The notes below the pieces were generated by a model. The model did not search any database. It was not told the origin of the DNA and saw only the letters and a list, made by a program, of their open reading frames with translations. A stretch of 64,000 bases of DNA from Candidatus Obscuribacterales bacterium (GTDB lineage Bacteria; Cyanobacteriota; Vampirovibrionia; Obscuribacterales; Obscuribacteraceae), in assembly GCA_965228855.1 (NCBI GenBank), contig CBDDIJ010000005.1:736001-800000 (forward strand), read 5' to 3'. Positions 49,828 to 59,900 of this stretch are shown here, in pieces. Every line of letters starts with the position of its first letter. The first letter of the stretch is position 1. The position numbers and the translations under genes were made by a program.

Positions 49828-50472
49828 TTGCGACAAATTGGCTTGTTCTGCGGAACCTTCAATCCGATTCATATGGGGCATTTGATCATCGCCGAATGTG
49901 CTCGGGATCAGTTTAAACTCGAAAAAGTATTGTTTGTGACCAGCCCGGCTCCACCACATCGAGCCGACACTCTGCTGGACGGGCACGCCCGTCACGAGAT
50001 GGTGAAGGCGGCGACCGCCGACAATCCATTCTTTGTGCCGTCGTCGATAGAAATAGACCGCACGGGACCCTCTTACACGATCGATACAGTGAAAGAGCTA
50101 CGCACCATATACGGTGAAGATCTTAAAATAAATTTGATCATAGGCGGCGACAACCTGCCCCAGCTTCATACCTGGAAGAACCACGAAGAGTTGCTCGAAC
50201 TCTGCCGCATACTAGTAGTACCGAGATTACGATATCTCGATGAAACCGATACAGCCTTGCGCGTAGTAGGCCAGGACTCAACCGTTTCCAATGTAGGCTA
50301 CGATGGCGCTGACATAGTGATCATCGACTTTCCCGGCATCAAGATCTCGGGCTCCAACATACGGGAGCGAGTCCGCGCCGGGAAGACCGTTCTATATATG
50401 GTTCCACCTGCAGTGAACGAATTGATTGTAAATCACGGCTACTTCAAGAAACAGTCGGCGACCGCGAAGTAA
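49828..50472 (+). CDS. nadD: Nicotinate-nucleotide adenylyltransferase
   Basis: GTFNPIHMGH, PPH, SYTIDT, IIGGD, ISGSNIRER. Confidence 0.93.
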   Translation: MRQIGLFCGTFNPIHMGHLIIAECARDQFKLEKVLFVTSPAPPHRADTLLDGHARHEMVKAATADNPFFVPSSIEIDRTGPSYTIDTVKELRTIYGEDLKINLIIGGDNLPQLHTWKNHEELLELCRILVVPRLRYLDETDTALRVVGQDSTVSNVGYDGADIVIIDFPGIKISGSNIRERVRAGKTVLYMVPPAVNELIVNHGYFKKQSATAK

Positions 50473-50495
50473 GCCGTTCTGGTAATATGGATTGA

Positions 50496-51185
50496 ATGAA
50501 GAGAGCAGACGACTTAGGTCAGAAAACTTTCAGCGTCCCAGGGGTCCCATCAAGCATGACTCTTGATGCCGCTCGGCGCTATGTGGAACCACGTGTTTCC
50601 AAAAAACGACTTGATCATATTAAAGGTGTTGTCACAGTTGGTCGGGAAATTGCGCTCGGTCTTCGCATAGATCCATTTCCCGTAGAACTTGGCTGCTGGC
50701 TGCACGACGCCTGCAAGGAATTAAAGGGAAAAGAACTGATCGAGATTGCGCAAACTAACGGCATGGTCTTGTCACAGGAAGAACTTGACCATGGACAAAT
50801 ACTGCACGGACCTGTAGCTGCCATTCTTGCAAAGAAGGAGCTCAAAATAACCAATCAAGATGTTCTCGGCTCAATTGCCGAGCACACTCTGGGAAGTGTC
50901 CGCATGTCCACAGTTTCCAAAATTGTCTACCTGGCCGACAAGCTCGAATCGTCGAGACCATCGGAGTTCACTGACCCGATCTGGCAGGCACTAAATGCGG
51001 TGCCAGTAGATGGACCACCTAATGCCTGCCACGATTTCAGTCAGACTGACCCTTCTGATTTGGACCGCGCGATGGTTGTCGCCTTGACTTTAATAGCAAA
51101 AAATCTGCTGAAGAAAAATAAGCCCATCCAACCGCAGGCAATGACCGTGCGCAACCACTTCTTGAAACTGCTTAAGACAACTTAG
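50496..51185 (+). CDS. yqeK: HD-domain bis(5'-nucleosyl)-tetraphosphatase YqeK-like
   Basis: R..H..GV, LHDACKE, LHGPVAA, EHTLG, YLADKLE..R; lies directly downstream of nadD. Confidence 0.85.
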   Translation: MKRADDLGQKTFSVPGVPSSMTLDAARRYVEPRVSKKRLDHIKGVVTVGREIALGLRIDPFPVELGCWLHDACKELKGKELIEIAQTNGMVLSQEELDHGQILHGPVAAILAKKELKITNQDVLGSIAEHTLGSVRMSTVSKIVYLADKLESSRPSEFTDPIWQALNAVPVDGPPNACHDFSQTDPSDLDRAMVVALTLIAKNLLKKNKPIQPQAMTVRNHFLKLLKTT

Positions 51186-51191
51186 CGGCTA

Positions 51192-53072
51192 CTAAATCTT
51201 CGGTAATTGCATCCAGAATTTAGAACCGGCTCCCTTGTCGACGGATAGTCCGACTTCGCCACCATGCTGTTCGATAATCGCTCGGCTCAGTGCAAGCCCC
51301 AAACCGAGCCAGGTGCCCTGCGCCATGCCAGGAAGATTGATCTGCTGGAAGCGTTCGAACATCGTTTCGATCTGCTCTTCCGGTATTTGCAGGGAAGGGA
51401 CCTGAATTTCGATAACGAGGTGAGGAGAAGTATGCGAAAGCAACTGCCTTGTAACTCGCGGCGTAACCACGTTGATAGAAACAGCTTCTCCCGGCGGCGT
51501 CAGCTGAATTACCGCAGTCAACATTTTTGTTAGAGCCTGAACCACGCGTTCGGGGTCCACTGTGACGAGGTCTTGCGAACCATCGAAGAGAAGAAGAATG
51601 TCGGCGGACTCGACCGCTCCGGCAACCGCTTCAACAGCCTTGTCTATGAGATCTTCGACCTCGGATTCGCATTTAACCAATTCGAGCTTATTAGCTTCCA
51701 GCTTTTCCAGGTCGAGCAGATCATTTATAAGCATGATGACCTGCTCTGTCTGTCGAGTAGCAACTGCCAGATCTTCTTCAACGGCGTCGATGTCCTTACC
51801 GAAAACGCCCATCCCGAGCAACTCTAGAAACATTGAAACCGACGCGAGCGGCGTTCGCAATTCATGGCTGACCATCGCCACGAATGCCTGACGCAACTTT
51901 TCTACCTCGTGACGCTCGCTGACATCAAGAACCATTGCCAGTTGGTGCTCGGTCTTGTCCGTGGAAATGTCGGCAGTAGAAAGCTCCACCGGAAATGTTG
52001 TGCCATCCTGCTTCTGAGCAATCAACTCCACGACGCGGCCAGTCGAATTATCTTTCAACCAGCGAAAGAGAGAGACACCCGTGACACCACCTGCAGTGAA
52101 TAATTTAGACAGTTCAAAATCTTCAAGAGCATCCTGCTCATATCCAAGCTGCTTTGCCAATGTGGGATTGACGAATTCGATTTGCCCGGCGCCGTTCACA
52201 ATCATCAAGCCCGCCGGCATCTGAGATATCATCGAGAGAACAGCACTCTCGCTGGATTTCAGTAGAGCCTCTTCACCGCGGAGCGATGAAGCCATTTTGT
52301 GAAAGGCTGCGTCCAGTTTTGCAAGTTCGTCTCCACCAGAGATTTCGCTATGCAGCGCCTCCCCGTCCTTCAAGCGGTCGAAGTTCTCCACCAGAATATT
52401 TAGCCGTTTGGTCAGAACAACGCGAACGAATAAAAGCACAATCAATACAACTAGTCCGTTTAAAACTGCTCCGCTAATCAAAACGAGTTTTGTAGCTTCT
52501 CGTTTTTCTCGCTGCAACGCGGGAAGTTGCCCTTCGATTGCACGCTCCTGTCCCATGAAATCTCGAAGATCGCGAACCAGTTCTTCAATCCGCGGAGCCA
52601 GGCGGTTTCTCTGGTCAAGACTAAACTTCATCGCCTCCCAGTGAGGTCTTGTATCACTGGCGATGCGCATCGATTCGAGGAGTTCAAGCCCGACTTTCAC
52701 GTTCTCCTCTATCTTGCCCATCAATACCAACTGACCGGGTTGATCTTGCAAATTTCTTTTCAGCCAGTCTATTTGCTTCGGAATTAAATCGCGAGCTTTT
52801 TCATATGCGGCCAGGCTCGCCGCCGAGGTCGCAGGATCATCTTCCTTATGAATTCCATATTTTCCGACCTTATCGCCGGCTTCGTACATACGCAGGAGTA
52901 GCTTGCTGGCACGATTGATGATCTCTCTGGTTTGCTGCTGCTTCACAGACTCCTCTTCAGCCTGCTGCACAAGCAAGAAATACGTTCCGAAGAAGATCGT
53001 CTCGAGGACGAGAATCGCGACTGTCAGCAGCATGCCTTTAGCACCGAGCGTTAGAGTGCCGGATCGCGTCAT
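51192..53072 (-). CDS. TM-HAMP-PAS sensor histidine kinase-like protein with intact H-box but degenerate ATP-binding domain
   Basis: SHELRTPL intact; N-box reads QALTKMLTAVIQL and G1 reads QVPSLQIP. Confidence 0.88.
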   Translation of the reverse strand: MTRSGTLTLGAKGMLLTVAILVLETIFFGTYFLLVQQAEEESVKQQQTREIINRASKLLLRMYEAGDKVGKYGIHKEDDPATSAASLAAYEKARDLIPKQIDWLKRNLQDQPGQLVLMGKIEENVKVGLELLESMRIASDTRPHWEAMKFSLDQRNRLAPRIEELVRDLRDFMGQERAIEGQLPALQREKREATKLVLISGAVLNGLVVLIVLLFVRVVLTKRLNILVENFDRLKDGEALHSEISGGDELAKLDAAFHKMASSLRGEEALLKSSESAVLSMISQMPAGLMIVNGAGQIEFVNPTLAKQLGYEQDALEDFELSKLFTAGGVTGVSLFRWLKDNSTGRVVELIAQKQDGTTFPVELSTADISTDKTEHQLAMVLDVSERHEVEKLRQAFVAMVSHELRTPLASVSMFLELLGMGVFGKDIDAVEEDLAVATRQTEQVIMLINDLLDLEKLEANKLELVKCESEVEDLIDKAVEAVAGAVESADILLLFDGSQDLVTVDPERVVQALTKMLTAVIQLTPPGEAVSINVVTPRVTRQLLSHTSPHLVIEIQVPSLQIPEEQIETMFERFQQINLPGMAQGTWLGLGLALSRAIIEQHGGEVGLSVDKGAGSKFWMQLPKI

Positions 53073-55072
53073 TTGTGAACCTCCGCGCTCTCACTCGACT
53101 CCGCATTGCCGAACAGGTCAAACTCCGTTGACGATATGTCATCACCAAACAGACTGATATCGGCGGACTCAATGGTATTGGAACTGTTACCCGGCACCAC
53201 CGAGGGTAGTTTAAACCAGAACGTGCTCCCTTTACCCTCCTCGCTGTTGACACCAATAGCGCCACCATGTTCCTCGATAATCGCCTTACAGATTGCCAGA
53301 CCTAAACCTGTTCCGCCCTTCTTCTTCGCATCATTAGCCTCTACTTGCTGAAAACGTTCAAAAACACTGTGCAAATGCGACTGCGGAATCCCACGCCCAT
53401 TATCAATCACACAAAACTCGACCAGCGAACCGACCTGCTGTACCGTTACGAGAACCTTGCTTTCCGCAGGCGAATACTTTATTGCGTTCGAGAGGAGGTT
53501 GATCAGAACTTGAACAATTCGATTCGAATCAGCAAAGAGCATGAGCTCAAGCGCCGGAACTTCGACTTCCACTTTATGCTTTTGAGCGAATACGGTAACC
53601 GCACTCGCGGATTTATCCAAAATAGGTTGCAACGAGCACCATCTTGGCTCGATATCGATGCGCCCAGCTTCCAACTTCTCCAGGTCGAAGAGATCGTTGA
53701 GAAGCAATATCAATCTTTCCACATTGTCGCGGGCGCGCGTGGATTCCCTGGTAGCTTTCTCTGAAACCTCACCATATTTGCCGTCAGCAAAGCTGGATAG
53801 GAACTGCTCCACGTCATTGAGTGGATTTCGCAGCTCATTGCTGACCATGGAAACGAACGACTGACGCAAACGTCGCAGTTCAAGTCGTTCTGTCGCATCA
53901 AGTATTATTGCTATCCTGCGCTTCGAACTTCCGATTGTCATCTCGGCGATGGTGAAATCAATGGCAAATTCTTCACCGTTTTTTCGCACCGCATTCAGTT
54001 CAACAATGTGTCCGAAAGCGCGTTCAGAGAGCGTCGCAAGAAAGCTGGCGCCGCTCCGCGCGCGGTCTGAGCCGAATAGCCGGGTAATGCTCTTACCCAA
54101 AAGCTCATGCGGCTCGAAACCAAATGAAGTTTCTATTGAACGATTGAACAGTTCAATCGCTCCAGCTTGGTTCATAACGACAAGGCCAAGAGGAACGCGC
54201 TCGATTATCATCCGCAAACGCCTTTCACTCTCCTTGAGGAGTTCTTCTTCGTACCGGACCTCCTCGGCGGCACGGTGAAAAACGTAGTCGGTCTGAGCGA
54301 TCTCGTCGTGGCCGTCCAGCATCTCGTTGAGCGGAAGCCCCTGCTCGAAACGCACTACGTTGTCGACGATCACATCGACGCGTCGAGTCACTCGCCGGAA
54401 GAAAAACAGCACCAGCAGCATTGCCACTGCGCCATTCATTCCGAATCCGACAATCAGCAAGTCGCGCCGCTGGCGGCGTTGCTCTCGCTGAAACTCGGGC
54501 GCCGAATTCTCGATTTCACGCGCAACATTCATCAGTTTGGTCAAATCAGAGATCAGTGCGTTGACATTCTCTAGAATCGCCAGACGACGCGTTCTCCACG
54601 CGGCAATCGACTCCTCTTGAGAAAGTTTTTCAGCGTCCTTTTTGATTCCGGCAATTACAGGCTCGCAGACATCCATGTTCATTTGAATTCTCGAAAGCAG
54701 TGTAGCGAAACGCTTCTTATCTCGAGGAGAAATAAAGTTGTTGATGTCATCTTTAAGATTAGCCTTCAACCATTTCATAATTTGCGGTACGTCTTCGCGC
54801 GAACTGTCATACCTCTGTGTTGCATCAATCTGCTGGGTATAGGCAAACTTACCTGCAGCATCACCCGTATCGTAAACAGTCAACAATAAGTCGCTTGCCT
54901 TTGCCACAATTTGCCGAGCGAATTCCTGCTTTCGCGCCTCATTCTCTGCTTCTTGCAAGAGACCATATAATGCCCAGACAAACCAGAGCATCGAAAAAAG
55001 AAACACCGTCAGCAGTACCATGATCTGCCTTGCCAAACTAAGTTTTCGAAACACCCCAAACCGAAGAGGCAC
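53069..55072 (-). CDS. TM-HAMP-PAS sensor histidine kinase-like protein lacking the phospho-acceptor His (H->N) but with intact HATPase_c
   Basis: SNELRNPL H-box; NLLSNAIKYS, DNGRGIP, VFERF and GGTGLGLAI all canonical. Confidence 0.88.
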   Translation of the reverse strand: MPLRFGVFRKLSLARQIMVLLTVFLFSMLWFVWALYGLLQEAENEARKQEFARQIVAKASDLLLTVYDTGDAAGKFAYTQQIDATQRYDSSREDVPQIMKWLKANLKDDINNFISPRDKKRFATLLSRIQMNMDVCEPVIAGIKKDAEKLSQEESIAAWRTRRLAILENVNALISDLTKLMNVAREIENSAPEFQREQRRQRRDLLIVGFGMNGAVAMLLVLFFFRRVTRRVDVIVDNVVRFEQGLPLNEMLDGHDEIAQTDYVFHRAAEEVRYEEELLKESERRLRMIIERVPLGLVVMNQAGAIELFNRSIETSFGFEPHELLGKSITRLFGSDRARSGASFLATLSERAFGHIVELNAVRKNGEEFAIDFTIAEMTIGSSKRRIAIILDATERLELRRLRQSFVSMVSNELRNPLNDVEQFLSSFADGKYGEVSEKATRESTRARDNVERLILLLNDLFDLEKLEAGRIDIEPRWCSLQPILDKSASAVTVFAQKHKVEVEVPALELMLFADSNRIVQVLINLLSNAIKYSPAESKVLVTVQQVGSLVEFCVIDNGRGIPQSHLHSVFERFQQVEANDAKKKGGTGLGLAICKAIIEEHGGAIGVNSEEGKGSTFWFKLPSVVPGNSSNTIESADISLFGDDISSTEFDLFGNAESSESAEVHK

Positions 55073-55749
55073 TATGATTTCCTCTCCGTGTCAAACAGAA
55101 AACCGACACCATGAACGGTGCGAATGAACTCTCCATCCGGGTCGATTTTCTTTCGGAGGCGCTTCAACGTACTTTTCGTTGCTTCCAGCGTAGACTCTGA
55201 CTCCGACGACCAGATGCGGTTAAGCAATTCCTCAGCGGAAAAGACTTGATCGGGATGTCGCATCAAAAATTCGAGAAGTTGAAATTCTTTTGGCAACAGC
55301 TTCGCAGAGGAACCACCAAAGCGCACCTTCTGCTGCTTCCGGTCGAGCAGGAAATTCCCAACATGCAAGTCATTGCTGAGCACATCAGAAGGACGTCTAA
55401 GTAGAGCCCGAACCCGCGCGCTTAGTTCCTTAGCGCTGAAAGGTTTAGTCAGATAGTCGTCAGCACCGCTGTCGAGTCCTGTTTCCTTATCCTCAACCGC
55501 ATCCTTGCCCGTGAGCATAATTACAGGCAAATGACCATTTGCTCTTCGATACTCCTGTAGCAACGCAATTCCGCTCGCGTCAGGCAACTGCCAGTCCAAG
55601 ATAATCAAGTCCAACTCCGGAATCAAAAATTTTTCTTGAGCATCTCGACCATCATAAGCAACCTCTACTTCGTAATTTTCGTGAGTCAAAGTTTGCTGGA
55701 CGAGGTCCGCAAGCCCTTTGTCATCATCCACTATTAGTATCTTCGTCAT
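55072..55749 (-). CDS. OmpR/PhoB family response regulator
   Basis: ILIVDDD, IILDWQLP (phospho-Asp), MLTG, GADDYLTKPF, winged-helix effector (TVHGVGF). Confidence 0.95.
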   Translation of the reverse strand: MTKILIVDDDKGLADLVQQTLTHENYEVEVAYDGRDAQEKFLIPELDLIILDWQLPDASGIALLQEYRRANGHLPVIMLTGKDAVEDKETGLDSGADDYLTKPFSAKELSARVRALLRRPSDVLSNDLHVGNFLLDRKQQKVRFGGSSAKLLPKEFQLLEFLMRHPDQVFSAEELLNRIWSSESESTLEATKSTLKRLRKKIDPDGEFIRTVHGVGFLFDTERKS

Positions 55750-55775
55750 ATCGCCCGCGGTATCACTCCGATCGG

Positions 55776-56810
55776 TTACAAACGCCGACTCTTTAATGTC
55801 ATGCTTGCTGAACCGTCAGCAGAATCATACGACACATCACCAGTGGCTGGGTCCAGTTTCAAATTCATGATCTGCGTAGTAATCCGATCCCGCCCTTTAC
55901 GAAACGGCTCTGTGGCGTAGTAGACCTCGGCTCCATCATGAGTTCTGTACTGATGAATCTGCCAGCCACTATTCAAGAAAGCGACCGTGTATGCACCATC
56001 ATTCGCCTCCGCGTAAATGTTTCCAGTTGTCGGATCGATCACCAGACCACTGAGGATAAAAAATTTGAACCGATTGCCTGTAGTCTTCAAAGCGAGAACA
56101 GACTCATCGCGTCCTTCAGCATTTCGGATGCTACTCCCGTCGTTCATCGTGATCAGCACAGGCTCCGCTCGATTGAAAAAGATATTCCATAGAGGTTCGC
56201 CATTGCGGGCGGTAACAGCGAGCTCATTCGTTACGGTAATTTGGTCCTCGCCTGCCTCAATGTCGTCATCGTCGTCGTGGTCTTCGTTTTCTTCGTCGTT
56301 TTCTTCGTCGTTTTCTTCGTCTTCGTCTTCGTCATCATCATCGTCGTCGTTGTCATCATCATCGTCGTCGTCGGCATCATCGTCGTCATCGTCGTCTATG
56401 TCATCTTCATCTTCGTCCTCGACGTCTCCAGCGGTTTCGTCGTCAAAGTCTTCATCGTCGTCAGGGCTGTTTCCATCTTCATCGTCGTGCTCAGGTTCGT
56501 CATCGTCGTCCTCGACCTCGACTTCATTTTCGCCGACGAATTCATCGTCGTCATCGACGTCTTCAGCATCATCAACGCGATCAGGCGCAGAAGGTTTCCG
56601 CTCATGAGATGAACCTTGCAAGTGAACCGCTGGCTGTTTGATCTCCATAACCTCAGGCGGCAAAAGATCAGAGGCTCGGCCAAAGACGGAACTGATTCCA
56701 CTCGACTTCCCTTGCTTGAGATTGTCGATGTAATTTTTATATCGCTGCATGTGCTTCGACATGTCGCCGCCGGATTCGAGTTCTTCATCCCCGTTTTCGT
56801 CGCTATTCAA
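55776..56810 (-). CDS. Hypothetical protein with long Asp/Glu low-complexity tract
   Basis: 344-aa ORF with AGGAG RBS before a TTG start; ~100-aa D/E tract followed by a beta-rich globular domain. Confidence 0.75.
   Translation of the reverse strand: MNSDENGDEELESGGDMSKHMQRYKNYIDNLKQGKSSGISSVFGRASDLLPPEVMEIKQPAVHLQGSSHERKPSAPDRVDDAEDVDDDDEFVGENEVEVEDDDDEPEHDDEDGNSPDDDEDFDDETAGDVEDEDEDDIDDDDDDDADDDDDDDNDDDDDDEDEDEENDEENDEENEDHDDDDDIEAGEDQITVTNELAVTARNGEPLWNIFFNRAEPVLITMNDGSSIRNAEGRDESVLALKTTGNRFKFFILSGLVIDPTTGNIYAEANDGAYTVAFLNSGWQIHQYRTHDGAEVYYATEPFRKGRDRITTQIMNLKLDPATGDVSYDSADGSASMTLKSRRL
56260..56575. repeat. Trinucleotide-type low-complexity repeat (TCG/TCA/TCT) encoding poly-Asp/Glu, including 12-bp TCTTCGTCGTTT units
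   Basis: Visible directly; encodes DDDDDD and EENDEENDEENED. Confidence 0.85.
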
Positions 56811-56953
56811 GACATCTCCTATCGCCGCTGGCGTTTACTCTGACAACGTCCAGGGGAACATAGACTGAACGATTTAATCTTTATGCCCCGAAATTGATCC
56901 GTATCCTGCTTAATGTCGTAAGCGGTTGCTGATGTTTCTATGGAGAGAACGCA

Positions 56954-59900
56954 ATGGCTAACAAGGGCAAAGGCGACAAGGTCAGCCCACCGAAAGTGGA
57001 AGCGCCTAAACCAGCAGCTAAAGCAATAGCTCAGAATCTTTACCAGCCACCCAAATCGAAAGCAAGACCCGAAAGCGCTCCTAAAGCGAAGCCGGCAGAG
57101 GCTGCGCCCAAACCGAAGCCGGCTAAAGCCAGGGCAGAGGTGGCAAAACCGGCTCACGGAAAAGCTAAAGATGCGCCAAAACCAGCAGCAAAACGACCAG
57201 CAGAAGGCAAGCGACCGGCCGAGGTGAAGGCGAAGCCAGCAAAACCCGCCGCGCGCCAGGAAAAGCAGGAATCGGCGAAACCCAAAGCCAGAGATAAGGC
57301 GCCGAAGCCCAAGGCGACAGAGAAAGCGAAACCGCAAGAGGGGCTTCTGCAGCGCGGTTTGACGAGCGCGATGAATCTCTACAAACAAGTGACGCACGCA
57401 GGTGACTCAAAGCCCCAGAAGGGAAAAACAGCAGGCGCTAAGGCGGAGCAATCGAAAGCAGGACATGCAAAAACGGAGCAAATAAAACCGGGTCATGCGA
57501 AGCCGGGCCAAGCTAAACCGGAGCAGTTGAAACCCGGGAAAGCAGCCGCCAGGGCGGAGTCAAAAGTAGAGAATCGCGCGTCGAATAAGCCGGCGCACTC
57601 AGATAAAACCGCACCGCGAAAAGAAGTAAAAGAAGCTCATACCAAGCCCGCCGCGAAGGACAAGGGGCATGAGAAACCGGAAAAAACGGCGAGAGTCGAG
57701 TCGAACGAACATCAAAAAGACAAAGCAAAACCGAAAACTGACAAGACCAACGGCAGAGCGGACGCGCAGTTGAAGAAAGAGCCGGAATCAGGGTTTAGCC
57801 TGACAAATCTGGCAGGCAAAGCCATTGAAACAGGCAAAAAACTTCTGCTGCCTGAAGCAGAAAAACCGCACGTCAACAAAGTGGAGAACGCGGATAAACT
57901 CACGCCGCAGCAGCGAAAAGAAAAGGGCGTCACGGATTATGTGGATCCGAAAACCGGTGATAGATACAACTACAATCAAGACGGCTTAGTCAAAGAAGTC
58001 GAAACCAAGGGCAAGCTCAAAACATCCTATGAATACAAAGACGGCAAGCCGGTCAATATAAGCAAGACTCAAAAGGTTTTGTTCCTCAATCTCGCTGTCG
58101 GCAGTGCTGAAGCGGTTCCAGGCAAGGTAGCTTTAAGCGTTGACCAGGACTCCGGAGAAGCACGCACATCGAGGCACAACGTAATTCAGCAACGCGACGA
58201 AAAAACGAATAAAGTTCGAAATGTGGAAGTGAAGCAAGAGATGGTGTTTCACACGAATGGCGAAAAGTCTTCGATTACGAGCAATTTGGATGGTCGACGG
58301 TTGCAGAAAGAGCATTTGAGCGCTGACGATAAGACAACAGGAATCACCACCTATCAATATGGAGAACGACGCCCAGGGCAGACCGATGGACCCGTTCGCG
58401 CGCAGCAAACCGATAAGTCTGGTCGCGTTGTGCACAATATTGACTTCACAAGCGAAAAGGACCTGAAGCAGCAAAAGGCTGCAGCACGAGAAGACATCAA
58501 ATACGAACGCAAAGGTGCAATCGAATCTGAGCATCATGAAACTTTCGACCTGCGCAGCGGCAAGGAAGTCATCGTTAATAAGACCGACAAAACGACCGAC
58601 TACAAGCAAGGGAGTACAACTGTTCGCGAACAGCAGTTCGATAAAGGAAAACTTGCAATAGACCAAACGGTGAAATATGACGAACGCGCCAGGGTTATTG
58701 AGATGCAGTACAAGGACGTTCAGAAGAATGTCGATGTTCAAGTCAAATTTGACAGCAACGGTAAAAGTCAGGAAGTAAAAGGTAATTTCAAGAATTACAC
58801 CGATGACCAGTCCACGATGAAACTGTACATGGACGGTCAAGCTGGACGGATTTTGGGTCAGCATCGAGTTGACACTATTGATACCGGTGAGATGCTCCGG
58901 TATTGCGAGAAATCAAATCCGAGGGAAGGAGAAAAGCCTACGGGAGTTGTCTCCTGGAAAACACCAGGCGAAGATAACTTGACACAAGCAACCGTTAAAG
59001 ATGGTATCGTATATGATGCCGACAAAAACAAGATTGGAAGGATCAATGACCGCGGCGATCTGACGTTGAACAGCGGTGCTCAGTTCAACGTCATCAATGA
59101 CAAACAATATGCAGCTATGTTTCATGGCGTCGGGACCGACGACCATCCCCTGAATCTTTATGGCACAGAGGGCATGACCGGTTATATGTCCTCGCAAGGA
59201 GACCGCGTGCTCATGGTCGGCGGCAACATGATCGACGCCCAGGGGAAAATCATCGGTCACATGAACGATGACGGTCGAATGATATTTGCAAAAGGCGTAA
59301 AACAAGACGCCGGAACCGACATAAAGAGCTACATGCATGGCGGCTATGTCTTCAAAGGAAACGAAGACGGCAATGAGAGAAGATTTTTCGTTGACAGTAT
59401 TTCGAACGGACAGATGTTCGTTCAGAAAACCGATAAGAGCGGCAATCAAATTCTCGATACAAATGGTCAACCAGTAAAACCGCTCGACTGCGAGATGCGG
59501 CTTGGGATGGTTATCGATAAGAGTTCCGGCAAACAGTTGTACAACTTCGTGCCACCGGATGTTAATGAAGATGAAACCTTCAGCGGAGGCTTCATGATTT
59601 CAATGGGAGACTCGCCCAAGATGACGGCACTCTCCGAGATGAAAGGCACAAGTTTCAACGTCACGGTGCTGGGCAATCAAAACACTTACAAAATGGTCGG
59701 CATCGCTACAGGTCCGCAGCAGTTTCAAGCTGATGGAACGGCAATCAGAGGAAGCGGCGGCGTCGTCAACCTTGACAGGGAACTCAAGCTCGAGAAACAG
59801 AATTTCGATACCCGAACGCGAGCTTTAAACGAGCGTCTCGATGAAGAAAAGAATATGCGCCTCAAAGGACTGGGCGTGGGAACCGCAATGCTCAATCCCG

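Noticed and set aside
56017..56612. Poly-Ser and poly-Val/Ile/Phe ORFs on the + strand
   Set aside because: Alternative readings of the poly-Asp/Glu tract of 55776..56810.
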